A DNA stretch of 64,000 nucleotides from Eledone cirrhosa (Eukaryota). Every line of letters begins with the position of its first letter. Positions within the stretch are counted from its first letter, which is position 1. The notes beneath the pieces were generated by a model. The model was not told the DNA's origin and searched no databases. It saw only the letters and a program-made list of their open reading frames with translations. Shown piece by piece: positions 1 to 13,343 of this stretch. The DNA is taken from the NCBI GenBank assembly GCA_964016885.1, contig OZ024741.1, positions 214,768,001 through 214,832,000 on the forward strand. The letters are read 5' to 3'. The position numbers were made by a program, and so were the translations under genes.

Positions 1-134
1 CTCATTTACATATTCATTTGCATACTAATCCTAACAATTTTGAAATATCCGTTCTTTAAATTCACTATCCAAGGAAAATTCAACTGATAAGGTATGTTTC
101 CTTGGCTATGTCAAAATTTATAAAACACACTTTG

Positions 135-196
135 TATTTTATCTGATGAAAGAGTACCAAAGTTTTTGGTACTCTTGAAATATATATAATAGAATA
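135..196 (+). ncRNA. Minimal type-I hammerhead ribozyme motif
   Basis: TATTTTAT-CTGATGA-AAGAGTACCAAA/TTTGGTACTCTT (stem II)-GAAA-TATATA-TA-ATAGAATA: intact core, palindromic stem III, 8 bp stem I. Confidence 0.75.
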
Positions 197-313
197 AATA
201 TGGTTTTATAAATATAGTTTCCATTTATTTAATATCATTGAATATTTACTCCAGAAACTGTCGAGTGCTCTGATCAGTTATAAACATTTATATTTGTTGA
301 ATTTCCAACAAAT

Positions 314-489
<176 letters not shown>

Positions 490-1226
490 AGAATTGGTGC
501 TCTGAAATAGCTATATATATATGAATGTATATACAGTGTATTTTGCAATACACTGTATGCTTAATTAAAAGCATTTCGAAGACCTTATGCTATTGTTTTA
601 GAGTAGTGATAGTCTCACTTACTTTAATTTTCAGCAAACAGAGGATATAAAGCCGACAGAGCCCTGTTTCGCATTTGTTGATGCTTATCAAGGCTAACTA
701 CTCATCGTGTTTGCTGAAAATCATGGATGTTTGATTCTTATAGAATTCTTGAAATGAGGCAAAATAGGTAGATTTTACATAATTGTTTCTACGTTAGGCA
801 CAAGGCCAGCAATTACCCAGTGTATTACTGGTACTTCATTTTTATCGACCCCGTAAGGATGAAAGGCAAAGTTAACCTCGGGAAAGCTATACCCATTTTC
901 ACAAGACTGGCAGAGTTGACAGGTCTGCAACATTTAAATTCACTTTCAGTGGTCAACCCTCATTTCAGTCTGTCTATATTGTGTTTACAACGCAAACATA
1001 CTTCAGATTAAGACGCGCTACCACATCATTATCAGCATGCTGTGCAGAATAATAGAGTTACGGCACTTTACGTTCTGAGTTCAAATCCCGCGGAGGTTAG
1101 CTTTGCCTTTCAACCTTACGAGGTCGATAACATAAATCACCAGTATTGCACTGGAGTCGATTTAATCGTCCCCCCCCCCTCTTAAAATTGTTGGCCTTGT
1201 GCCTAAATTCGAATTACTTGCCCTAA

Positions 1227-1502
1227 ATGTGAATGGTGGCCAAAACCTCGGGAGTTGCTCAGACATATTAAGCTGCACGTATAAGACAAATAATTGTTTC
1301 TACTTTTGTCACAAGGCCAGCAATTACCCAGTGCATTACTGGTATTTTATTTTATCGACATCCTTACGGGTCGATAAAATAAAGTACCAGTAATGCACTG
1401 GGTAATTGCTGGCCTTGTGACAAAAGTAGAAACAATTATTTGTCTTATACGTGCAGCTTAATATGTCTGAGCAACTCCCGAGGTTTTGGCCACCATTTAC
1501 AT
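1227..1502. repeat. ~275 bp near-perfect palindrome containing two SINE 3' halves
   Basis: 1227-1360 is the reverse complement of ~1371-1502, with a ~10 nt spacer. Confidence 0.9.
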
Positions 1503-2202
1503 GTCTGTCTTGTATTTAAAAACATACTATTTGAAATAAAATGGTTTAACAATAGAGACGTACAATGTATGTTATTTACATTCATTTGGCTTGATTAAAT
1601 TTCTAGACACATCGCAGGGTGTTAAATAATGTTTTTATTATTGTTTTTCTTAAAGTCACCTTTAAAAATGTCTTTTTGCCTTCTGTTATGTTCTAACGTA
1701 TTTTTTCATAATTTTATTTTTAAATGTAAATGAAACTAATTTAAGCACGTAAAATCCTTTATCGTGTCGCTCTCTATAGCTACAGGGTTCCATTTTATTC
1801 TTTTCATAGACTAACAAAAAGAAAGCAGTCCTCGTCGTTTGATATATAATCCACTTGTCATTTGTTAGAAATTTTCAATTTACTTGAAAAAAGAAAAGAA
1901 AAATCAATACAATATCCTAAGTCGCCAATACTTTAGATTTTGCTGAAGACGAGGAATTAGATTTTGCCGTAGATTGTTCGATAATACTAATTCAGACATT
2001 ATTTTCATAAACCTGCATAGTCTGATAGCAAATTGGTAGAGTTGTTAAACGTTTCGATTACATAACTCGATATTTGTTCCTGCGTTCTGAGTTCAAATCT
2101 TGCCGCGGTCAACTTTGCCTTCCATTCATTCGAGGCATATAAAAAAATACCTGTCCAGTACTGGGGTCGACATTTCATCTATATCTCTCCCCTCTCCCTC
2201 CC

Positions 2203-2269
<67 letters not shown>

Positions 2270-3212
2270 TCTCTGAACAAAATTGGCTGTATTTACAGCT
2301 GGAGAGGGGTTGGGCTCCGCCTGATTTAAATTGCCCAAGATATGCTTCATGTCACTACGACACCCTTTGGAATACAAATCTTGCCGTGGTCAATATTACT
2401 TTTCACTCGATAAATAAAGTACCAGACCTGAGTTGGTGAATTGGTTCAGTTGTTAAAGAGTCGGGTGAGAGAAATTTCAGGATCTGAGTTCAATCCAATC
2501 CGATTGTGACTTGAAAACTGTTGATATTTCTATCAGGAATTTCAACCAACAACTTCAGCTCTGTCGATATTAACAACTACACAATATCAATCTTCTCAGT
2601 AATAGCAATAACTATATCAACATCAGACGACGATTTGGCTGAGTCGTTTAGAACGTTGGATAGAATTCTTTGCGGTATTCGTTTCAGCTCCATGCTCCCT
2701 GAGTTCAAATACAGCCAAGGTCAACTTTACATTTTATCCATTCGAGGTCGATAAATTGTATCAATCTTGTATTGCGGTTGCTTCTTACTTTATATCACTT
2801 TCTCACTTCCATTCTCTAACTCTTTAACTTTCTTTGGAAGAAATCTGCTGGAGAGGGGATGGGCTGCGTCTGATTTTTAAAATGTCCTAGAAACACCATG
2901 TCAATATGGCGCTTTTACGACTCCATGAGGATTTACATGACTATCCATTTATATCAACATCAACAAAAGCAACAACAACATTGATAATACCAAAAAACAA
3001 TATAATGGTTTCTTATATAAGCCAAGGCCAGTAATTAGTGGGAAAGGGAAAGTCGATTAAATCGACCGCAGTGCGTGACTGGTACTTTATTTTATCGACC
3101 CCGTAAGGATGAAAGGCTAAGTTAACCTCGGCTGGATTTGAACTCACTACCAAAAACAATATAATCTTAAGCAACCAAGAATGATGATAACTTCAACGTC
3201 TTCAAAAATAAC

Positions 3213-3397
3213 TGTTTCTACTTTAGGCACAAGGCCAGCAAATACCCAGTTCATTACTGGTACTTTATTTTATCAACCCCGTAAGGCTGAAAGGTAAAGT
3301 CAACCTCGGCGGGATTTGAACTCAGATCGTAAAGGGACGTAACTATGCTGGAAAGCATGGCGTCCGACCCTCTACCGATACTGCCAATCCACCGCCT
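3213..3397 (-). mobile_element. tRNA-derived SINE (Meta-core-like), full length, with TSD
   Basis: Minus strand: A-box-like TGGCAGTATCGG, B-box GAGTTCAAATCC, core CTTTCAGCCTTACGGGGTTGATAAAATAAAGTACCAG; CTTCAAAAATAAC at 3200-3212 and 3396-3408. Partial copies at ~781-881, 1065-1220, 3005-3146, 4130-4319. Confidence 0.8.
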
Positions 3398-3689
3398 TCA
3401 AAAATAACGTGAACATTTATGAATATCAACCTCGACGAAAACAACCACGATAACAGCAGATATAATATACAGGGGTGAAAGAATGGTGCCTGGGTGAAAT
3501 TCATATTTTTCTCAAAGGTATTTTCATCTTACTATGCTGCCTCAGTGTGAATGTGTGACCGTAGAACATATACATATATACACCAGGTCCGAACATAAAT
3601 AAACGAAATTCCCACTGTCACTGCATGCGTCTCTCCAGCTCTTCCTATCTCTCACTATTATGAGCAAATGGGGCCCCACTGGCAGGCCG

Positions 3690-3860
3690 CCCCGCGCCTC
3701 GAACAGAATAGAGAGGGCGTTTCCTCGGAGGATGATGAGGAAGACGCACTGGAAGAGCCATTCCAGCTAGGGAAGCTCACACCTGCGGGTAGCTAACTCG
3801 GTGCCGATGGTAGTGATGAGGGAGGTGGTCCTAGGGCCAAGGACAGCAGAAGTCTCCATG
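3690..3860 (-). pseudogene. 3' fragment of CRE-like RLE non-LTR retrotransposon
   Basis: Translates METSAVLGPR...ELATRRCELP*LEWLFQCVFLIILRGNA; homologous to 60352-60500; FQRxSxAxxRGNA is typical of CRE-like C-termini. Confidence 0.6.
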
Positions 3861-4409
3861 TAATTATATACAACATCATCATCATCATCATAAATAACAA
3901 CAATGATAACGATATCAACTATATCAGCATCAAGACCAACAAAAAACATCATCAATAATAATAACAAACAAAACAACATCAACATCGATGAAAATAACAA
4001 CAACGTCAGCAACAACATTGATTTAATAAACAACTAAAACGATAACAACATCAATAACAACAACAATAACAACAACATCTATATCAACAACATCAACATC
4101 AACAAAAACAACACCAACTTTATCATCAATAATTGCTTCTGATTTAAGCGCAACGACAACAATTTTAGGAGGGGAAAAGTAGATTAAATCAACCCCAGTA
4201 CATTACTGGTACCTTATTTTATTGACCCCGTAAGGAGGAAAGGCAAAGATAACCACGGCGGGATTTGAAATAAGAACGTAAAGGGACATAACTCTATGCC
4301 GCAAAGCATGTTGTCCGACAGAAGAAGAAGAAGAAGAAGAAGAAGAAGAACAATAACACCATTAACAATAAGAATAACAACAACATTAGCATGAACATAA
4401 GCAGTAACA

Positions 4410-5010
4410 ATGATAAGATCAACTACAACAACTAAAACAACATCCATATCACCAACAACAACCACAACCACAACAACAACAACAACAACAACAACAACAT
4501 CATCAACAACAACAGCAGCAGCAGCAACAACAACAACAACAACAACAGCAACAACAACAACAACAACAGCAACAACAGCAACAACAACAACAACAACAGC
4601 AATACTAACAACCCCAGCAGCAACAACAACAACAACAGCAACAACAACAACAACAACAACAGCAACAACAGCAACAACAACAACAACAACAGCAATACTA
4701 ACAACCCCAGCAGCAACAACAGCAACAACAGCAACAACAACAACAACAACAAAAACAACAGCAATACTAACAACCCCAGCAGCAGCAGCAACAACAACAA
4801 CAACAACAGCAACAACAACAACAACAACAGCAATACTAACAACAGCAACAACAACAACAACAGCAATACTAACAACAGCAACAGCAACAACAACAACAAC
4901 AGCAATACTAACAACACCAACAGCAACAGCAACAGCAACAACAACAACAACAACAATGCCAATAACAACAACAATTGAAACAACAACAAGAACAACAACA
5001 ACAGCAATCT
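4410..5010. repeat. Compound (CAA/CAG)n microsatellite with higher-order GCAATACTAACAACCCCAGCA units
   Basis: Direct reading. Confidence 0.95.
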
Positions 5011-5126
5011 AACTAGAAATTACAATACACAATATATACAACAACAGCCACAACAACATTAACACCAAATTCCATCTCAAGTTGCTATTGGATACAGCTT
5101 TGGAAATAGAGAGATTCAGGGACATT

Positions 5127-5688
<562 letters not shown>

Positions 5689-6321
5689 CCAAACAGGAGA
5701 AAAAAGTGTCAATTCTATTTCCAGTTTAGAAGTGAAGGAGCCGAAAGGTATGAACTAGTTGGCACGATATAAGGTAAGTGGAATATAGGGAGAGAGGGGG
5801 AGAGGGGGGAGAGTGTTAGTGAGAGGTGAGAGAGTATGTGAGACATAGATGGAGAATGAGGGAGGAGAGGGGGAGAGGATGAAGAGGGAGAAGGGGAAGA
5901 AAGAGGGAGGGAGAGGGAGAAAGAGATGGGGGAGGGAGAGAGAGAGAGAGAGAGACATGGCTGGTGAAGAGGATGATGAAGATAAAGAGAAGGGTTTGAA
6001 AAGTGTGTAAAAGAAAGATAAAGTAAATGTGTTGACACACACACACACATAAATACATATATGTATATGCATTGTATATATTAGGCATGTATATATATAT
6101 GTGTGTAGTTAAATGTATATTTATGAATGAGTCGTTACCCAACGGCTGAGCTCTTACCGTTTTAGTAACTAGTTCCACACTGAATATCTCGCCCTAGGCT
6201 GACGTATCTTGTCTCTAACGTGAAGAAATATCTATCCTAGCAGACAACTGACGATGGATATTACCCTCTTTCGCCCGTAACTTTTATTGTCATTACACTT
6301 AATCGCAACCACACAACCCAG

Positions 6322-6361
<40 letters not shown>

Positions 6362-6369
<8 letters not shown>

Positions 6370-7562
6370 ATACTTTGGGAGGGTCATGTTGCCAATAAGA
6401 AACACACGCACCAGTTGTTTCACTTCAATTTATTATGAATTAAATTTATAAATTTAGGAATTTATAAATTTCCGGCCGGTTGGTTCCACAAACAGGCGAT
6501 TGTTCATGTATTGTCAAAGTTCTTTCGTCACACATTCTGTGACCTCTTCAGTGACTGGGGATTCTTTTCTTTGTTTTTGTGCCTCTCTTTTGTTCTGTCC
6601 TACGCCATCTTGTTTTTGTGTGTGTTGTATGCTTAGTTTGCGCATGTGTTACATCCGGGTGTCTGTGTGTGTTTATATTTGTTTATTTATTTCTTTATTT
6701 ACATGTTACTGGTTGGTTGTTTGTTCTATGTGTGTGTGTGTGTGTTTTCATTTTGTCCTTAATTGTAAGTTGTGATGTTGCTGTTCCATTCATGTTTTCT
6801 ATTTAATTTTGGTTGGAGTTCATTTATGTTTATTGCCTCTGTGATTTGTTTAAACATTGCGTCTTTTATGTGTGTAGATTCTATTTTTATTTCTATGTTC
6901 TCTAATTTACCCTTATGTTCTATTTTAGCATGTTGGTGGAGTACAGATGATTCTTTACTATCTTGAAGCTCTCGCCAGTGTTCATTTATCCGTTCCCCTA
7001 TACTACGAGCTGTCTATATTCTTATCTCTACATTGTCCTTCAGTACATCTTATGCTATATACTACATTTCTAGTTTTACAGTTAATATGGGGGCTTAGTT
7101 TACAGATTATAGATTTCTTATCTATACAGGGAGGTCTTTGAAAAGGGTATGTATTGCTAATAAGTGTTTTTATGGAGGTACCTGGTCTTTCTACTATCTT
7201 AATATTGAGTTTATGTTTATTTAGGGTCCTTCTAAATTGGGTAAGCTAATTCACCTCGAGGGTTGTATCGATGAACATTACACTCTGGTATTTATTGTTA
7301 TCATACCATGAGTTTATTCTATTAACCTTATTCCTAATTCTTTCTATTCTATTCCAAAATTTGCTCCTATACCAACCAACCGGAAATTTATAAATTCATA
7401 AATTTATAAATTTAATTTATAATAAATTGAAGTGAAAGCAACTGGTGCGTGTGTTTCTTATTGGCAACATGACCCCCCCCCCCCCCCGCCCCCAAAGCAT
7501 AACAATATCGGTTTCAACACATGTTTTCAGATAAAGAACCTTGCTAAACAAATTCCGAAACG

Positions 7563-7565
<3 letters not shown>
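6362..7565 (-). mobile_element. Degenerate Penelope-like element (GIY-YIG C-terminal remnant) between inverted terminal copies
   Basis: Minus-strand ~6790-6965 translates ...HQHAKIEHKGKLENIEIKIESTHIKDAMFKQITEAININELQPKLNRKHEW; 6362-6490 is inverted at 7370-7510; same terminal family at 49691-50020. Confidence 0.65.
6513..6555 (-). ncRNA. Minimal hammerhead ribozyme motif in PLE 3' region
   Basis: Minus strand: GTCA-CTGAAGA-G-GTCACA/TGTGAC-GAAA-GAAC-TT-TGAC. Confidence 0.65.
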
Positions 7566-7611
<46 letters not shown>

Positions 7612-7614
<3 letters not shown>

Positions 7615-7980
7615 AAAAAAAGATGAAATCGAAAATGCAACTGGAGTCTTATTTTAAAAAATATATATATATTTATTTGGTTCCTTTACCGGTTTCGCAG
7701 TTCTTCTGCTTTTCAAAAGTAGAGTTGAGATGGAGGGTCTGTGGTTTTTCTCACGTCTGGTTGGTCTTTCAAAGTTACTTGTTTTATATGGAAAAAAGTG
7801 GCTCGAAACGTCAGGTTTTTAGAGAAGTAATTTGATTGGTTGGCTTATTGAACAACCAATCAAATTACTTTTGAAAAGCAGAAGAACTACGAAACCGGTA
7901 AAGGAACCAAATAAATATATATATTTTTTTTTAAAATAAGACTCCAGTTGCATTTTCGATTTCATCTTTTTTTCTTTATA
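7612..7980. mobile_element. TA-flanked inverted-repeat element (PLE/retrozyme terminus) with two U3-A8 hammerhead motifs
   Basis: 7612-7720 is inverted at 7866-7978; CTT-TTGAAAA-GCAG/CTGC-GAAA-CCGG-TA-AAG at 7684-7719 (-) and 7868-7903 (+). Confidence 0.65.
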
Positions 7981-8676
7981 CTTTCACTCGTGTAGGACAC
8001 CTCGATTATTTTTCATTTTGTAAAAAAACCTCACTTTCTAATATATATATGTATAAACCCATTAGCAACCACGCAGCACGTTTATTCTCATATTTACACA
8101 TATTTTTCCCCCGCTGTGATCCGTCTATTTCGTTCTTACTGCTTCCTCTTTCTCTGTATCTTTACCCTCTCTAACAGTCACTCTCTCTGTTAGCCTCTTC
8201 CTCACCCTTCACTCACTCACTCTCTGTTACTACCTCTCCTCCTCCTTCTTCCCGTTTGACCTGTGCGTAATTCTTTTTTTCGCACCCTTGGTCAGGCAGG
8301 TCGCTTTTTCCTCTCTCTCGTCTACGATTTCACAGAACTTACGTTCACCGAATTCACAGACTAGATCCCTTCTTCCTCCCGTTAGACCTGTACGGAATTC
8401 CTTCCTTGCTCACATTCCAACCAGGTTTGATGGTCTTTATTCTCTCTCGTTCACGATTTCACCGAACTTATATTCATGGAAATTTGTGACTTGACTCCTT
8501 CTTCCTCACTTTTCGTTGCTTCACCATCTTTGTTTGTTTACATTCTCGTGTCCCCTTTATTTACGTGTCCCAACGACGTATTTTAGCCGTTGCTCGCACC
8601 AACCGGAGGTATATGATCTTTAAAGCGATGAAATACCAATGATGGTTGGGAGATCACTGAGGAAGGACTAACTTTA

Positions 8677-8726
<50 letters not shown>

Positions 8727-8727
<1 letters not shown>

Positions 8728-9234
8728 AAATGTTCGCTCTACATGGCTGAATACAATAAATGTAATCTGAGTTTTCCGAATATTAATAATAACATTCGAT
8801 TCATTTGCAATTATGCAAACACGCCTCAATTTTTTAGCCATGTCAGTAGAATGAGGCACTCCTTCATGCTCTTATGTTGGCATGTAAACAGAACTGCAGA
8901 CACTAATGTTTCTGGGTATCACCCTTCATCAGTACAGCTCACTGTTCACCTGCCAAACTGTCAGAGCTAGTGAAAATATATGTTATTTTCAAAAATACAC
9001 AGTGACTGATCGGCCTGATTTGCATATTAGCAGACTGGCTGATCAGTCAGATCTGTATATTAGCAGATCAACTGATCAGCCATATTTGCATATCAGCGGA
9101 CTGGCCAGTCAGTTTCCTGTATACGAGCGATAAATGGCCGGCTTTGCCAAATTCAAATAAAAAAGAAAATGTTCGCCCTACATGGCTGAATACAATAAAT
9201 GTAAGTTTTTCCAATATTTATAATAACATTCGAT
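8727..9234 (-). mobile_element. Retrozyme-like ~439 bp unit with ~70 bp terminal redundancy
   Basis: Direct repeat 8727-8801 / 9166-9234; internal HHR; octamers at 9018-9025 and 9084-9091; (TA)n on both sides. Confidence 0.65.
8891..8940 (-). ncRNA. Type-I hammerhead ribozyme motif (GUC site)
   Basis: Minus strand: GAGCTGTA-CTGATGA-A-GGGT/ACCC-A-GAAA-CATTAGTG-TC-TGCAGTTC; 8 bp stem I. Confidence 0.75.
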
Positions 9235-9404
9235 ATATATATATGCATATAACTATATATATATATATATACATGCCTAATATATACATATGCATATATG
9301 TATATACACATGCGTACATGTGTGTATGTGTGTGTTTGTGCCTCTGTGTGTGCATGTATATATATTTTGAAACAAATACGTGTCCGCGCACACATACATA
9401 TATA

Positions 9405-9468
<64 letters not shown>

Positions 9469-9517
9469 AAAGTTCTATTTAAATTGTTGGGATACAACAA
9501 GCAAATATTATTATAAC

Positions 9518-9623
<106 letters not shown>

Positions 9624-10544
9624 GTTTATGAGTAATTTGCGTATGTCTGAATATGTGAAAGTATGTATGAGTGCGCATGTGAATGCATTATGTGGTATGC
9701 GCTTGTCCTTGTTTATGAGGGTGTGTGTCTGCATGTATAAGTATGTATTTATGTTTTATTTATGTATGTATGTAGTATAGTGTATGTAGTATGTATGTAT
9801 GTTTGTATGTATGTAGTATATATGTATGTCTGTGTGTATATATGTATGTGGAGAGATTTAGAGCAAACAATTCGGTATTTCGTACTAAAGGTAGCAGCTG
9901 TGCCCAGACAGAAGATTAATTACTGTTCCCGACTGAGACATAAGACAAGAAGCATTGTTGTGTTGTATTAGACAGAAACAGTTAAATGCCTGTAGGTGTG
10001 ATGAGCAAGTGGCTGTTGAGTATCGGTTGTATTTCGCTAAATATCTAAGTAAATGTTACAGTGGTGCACACCGGGAGAATGTTACAGGTTTTGTGTATGT
10101 GTGTGTGTGTGTTTGTGTGGTTTAGTGTGATTGTGTTTATATGCTTGTGTATGTATATGTGTTTGTCAATGTGCGTTTGTTTGAATGTGTATGTTAGTGT
10201 GTTTGTGTGTGTATTTGCTTGTTTTTCTGTGTATGTCTGTGTGTGTCTGTGTCTGTTTCTTTGTGTGTGTGCGTGTATTTCTGTGTCTATTTCTTTGTGT
10301 GTGTCTCTGTGTGTGTGTGTATGTCTGTATCTGTTTCTTTGTGTGTGTGTGCGTGTGTGTCTGTGTGTTTGTGTGTGTGTATCTGTGTCTGTTTCTTTGT
10401 GTGTGTGTGTGCATGCTGATGTACTTCCAGCCGACATTTGATTTCAAAGAAAAAGAGAGGTATGCTTAGGAATGATGCGTGAGGAAAACAGTGAAGATTG
10501 AAGGAGATGAACTATATATGGTGGGTAGGGCATTGCAAATGGAA

Positions 10545-11650
10545 GGTAGGTTGTGAAGGAGGGTAGGTTGTGAGGAGGGTAGGTTGTGAGGAGGGTATAT
10601 TGTGAAGGATGTAGGTTGTGAAGGAGGGTATATTGTAAAGGAAGGTAGGTTGTGAGGAGGGTATATTGTGAAGGAGGTAGGTTGTGAAGGAGGGTAGGTT
10701 GTGAGGAGAGTATATTGTGAAGGAGGTAGGTTGTGAGGAGGGTAGGTTGTGAGGAGGGTATATTGTGAAGGAGGTAGGTTGTGAAGGAGGGTAGGTTGTG
10801 AGGAGAGTATATTGTGAAGGAGGTAGGTTGTGAAGGAGGGTAGGTTGTGAAGGAGGGTATAGTGTGAAGGAGGGTAGGTTGTGAAGGAGGGTAGGTTGTG
10901 AGGAGGGTAGGTTGTGAGGAGGGTATAGTGTGAAGGAGGTAAGTTGTGAAGGAGGGTAGGTTGTGAGGAGGGTATATGGTGAGGAGGGTATATTGTGAAG
11001 GAGGTAGGTTGTGAAGGAGGGTATATTGTGAAGGAGGGTAGGTTGTGAAGGAGGGTAGGTTGTGAAGGAGGGTAGGTTGTGAGGAGGGTAGGTTGTGAAG
11101 GATGGTAGGTTGTGAGGAGGGTATATTGTTAAAGAGGGTAGGTTGTGAAGGAGGGTAGGTTGTGAAAGATGGTAGGTTGTGAAGGAGGGTATATTGTGAA
11201 GGAGGTAGGTTGTGAAGAAGGGTATATTGTGAAGGAGGGTAGGTTGTGAAGGAAGGTATATTGTAAAGGAGGGTAGGTTGTGAAGGAGGGTATATTGTAA
11301 AGGAAGGTAGGTTGTGAAGGAATGTATATTGTAAAGGAGGGCAGGTTGTGAGGAGGGTATATTGTAAAGGAAGGTAGGTTATGAGGAGGGTATATTGTAA
11401 AGGGGGGTAGGTTGTGAGAAGGGTATATTGTAAAGGAAGGTAGGTTATGAGGAGGGTATATTGTAAAGGAAGGTAGGTTATGAGGAGGGTATATTGTAAA
11501 GGAGGGTAGGTTGTGAGGTGGGTATATTGTAAAGGAAGGTAGGTTGTGAAGGAGGGTATATTGTAAAGGAGGGTAGGTTGTGAAGGAGGGTATATTGTAA
11601 AGGAGGGTAGGTTGTGAAGGAGGGTATATTGTAAAGGAGGGTAGGTTGTG
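10545..11650. repeat. G-rich 16-17 bp minisatellite GGAGGGTA(GG/TA)TTGT(G/A)A(A)
   Basis: Direct reading, dozens of units. Confidence 0.95.
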
Positions 11651-11803
11651 ATGCGGAAGCAGGCAAAGTTAGGGTTAATAGGGAAGATGCGATAAGGATT
11701 AACTACACATAGGTGGCAGGGGTAGGGTAGTTGTAGGAAGAAATCAAGCTGCGAAGTTATGTTTTGATTTCTGGATAGAGAGATGGTGGAAGAAAAGGAA
11801 AAC

Positions 11804-11865
<62 letters not shown>

Positions 11866-11872
11866 TGTATAT

Positions 11873-11905
<33 letters not shown>

Positions 11906-11977
11906 GGTGTGTGTATATATATACATGTATATGTATATATGTATACATATATATACATATATATATATATATATACG

Positions 11978-12012
<35 letters not shown>

Positions 12013-12017
12013 TTATA

Positions 12018-12077
<60 letters not shown>

Positions 12078-12278
12078 TGTATATGCATATATGTATATAT
12101 ATATATATATATATATACGTATATATGTATATATATATATATATATATAGGAGCGAGTAGGACCCCGACGGCTGAGCTCAAGCCGTTTCGACGGCTAATT
12201 CTGGACATCGTCGATATGTATATATATATATATATACATATGTATATATATATATATTTATATATATATATACATATG

Positions 12279-12315
<37 letters not shown>

Positions 12316-12332
12316 ATATATATATACATATG

Positions 12333-12365
<33 letters not shown>

Positions 12366-12378
12366 ATATATACATATG

Positions 12379-12459
<81 letters not shown>

Positions 12460-12889
12460 ATATATATACATCGATCAATTTCTTACTCTCACACTCTCGC
12501 TCTCCAAATATATGCGTGTGGGTTGGTGTGTAGTTGTGTAGGTGTGTGTGTGAATGTTTGACTGTATGTCTGTGTGTGGGTCTTTGTGTATCTGTCTTTG
12601 TATATCTGTATGTGTGTTGAGTTTGTTGTGTGTGTGTGTGTGTGTATGAGTAGCGAGAGAAAAAATAGAGAAAAAAAAATTAAAAACAAAAAAAAAGAAG
12701 AGAGATATAGTGGGGGGGATGGAAGCTAGAGGTGATGGCGGGAGGTAGTAAATGCCATCACAGTTCTCCGAGAAAATTGAGATAATAGATTAAAAATTAA
12801 ATATTTAACAGCAAGCTCCATCGCTTGGCTTGAAACTGTCATTAATTTCACAGCATCTCTGCTAACGTTCTAGCTACAGAGGCATGTGA

Positions 12890-13189
12890 GTATGGTTGTG
12901 CCTGTATGATGGTGTGCGTGCGTGTTTGACAGTATGTGTGTGACAGTGTGTATGTTTCTGTGTGTGTATGATCGTGTGTGTGTGTGACAGTGGGTATGGT
13001 TGTGTGTGAGTCTGTGTGAACGTGTGTGTGTGACAGTGTGTATGTTTCTGTCTGTGTATGTGTTGTGTGTGTGTGTGTATGTGTGTGTGTGTGTGTATGT
13101 GTGTGTGTGCGTGTGTGTGTCAATGTGTATATTTCTGTCTGTGTGTCTCTGTGTGTGTGACAGTATGTGTGCGACAGTGTGTATGTTTC

Positions 13190-13225
<36 letters not shown>

Positions 13226-13305
13226 CGTGTGTGTGTCAATGTGTATATTTCTGTCTGTGTGTCTCTGTGTGTGTGACAGTATGTGTGCGACAGTGTGTAT
13301 GTTTC

Positions 13306-13343
<38 letters not shown>

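Noticed and set aside
1940-2000. CTGAAGA as a hammerhead core
   Set aside because: No GAAA, stem III or stem I complement found.
10444-11958. 504 aa repetitive ORF
   Set aside because: Translation of a 16-17 bp minisatellite starting inside a (TA)n tract.
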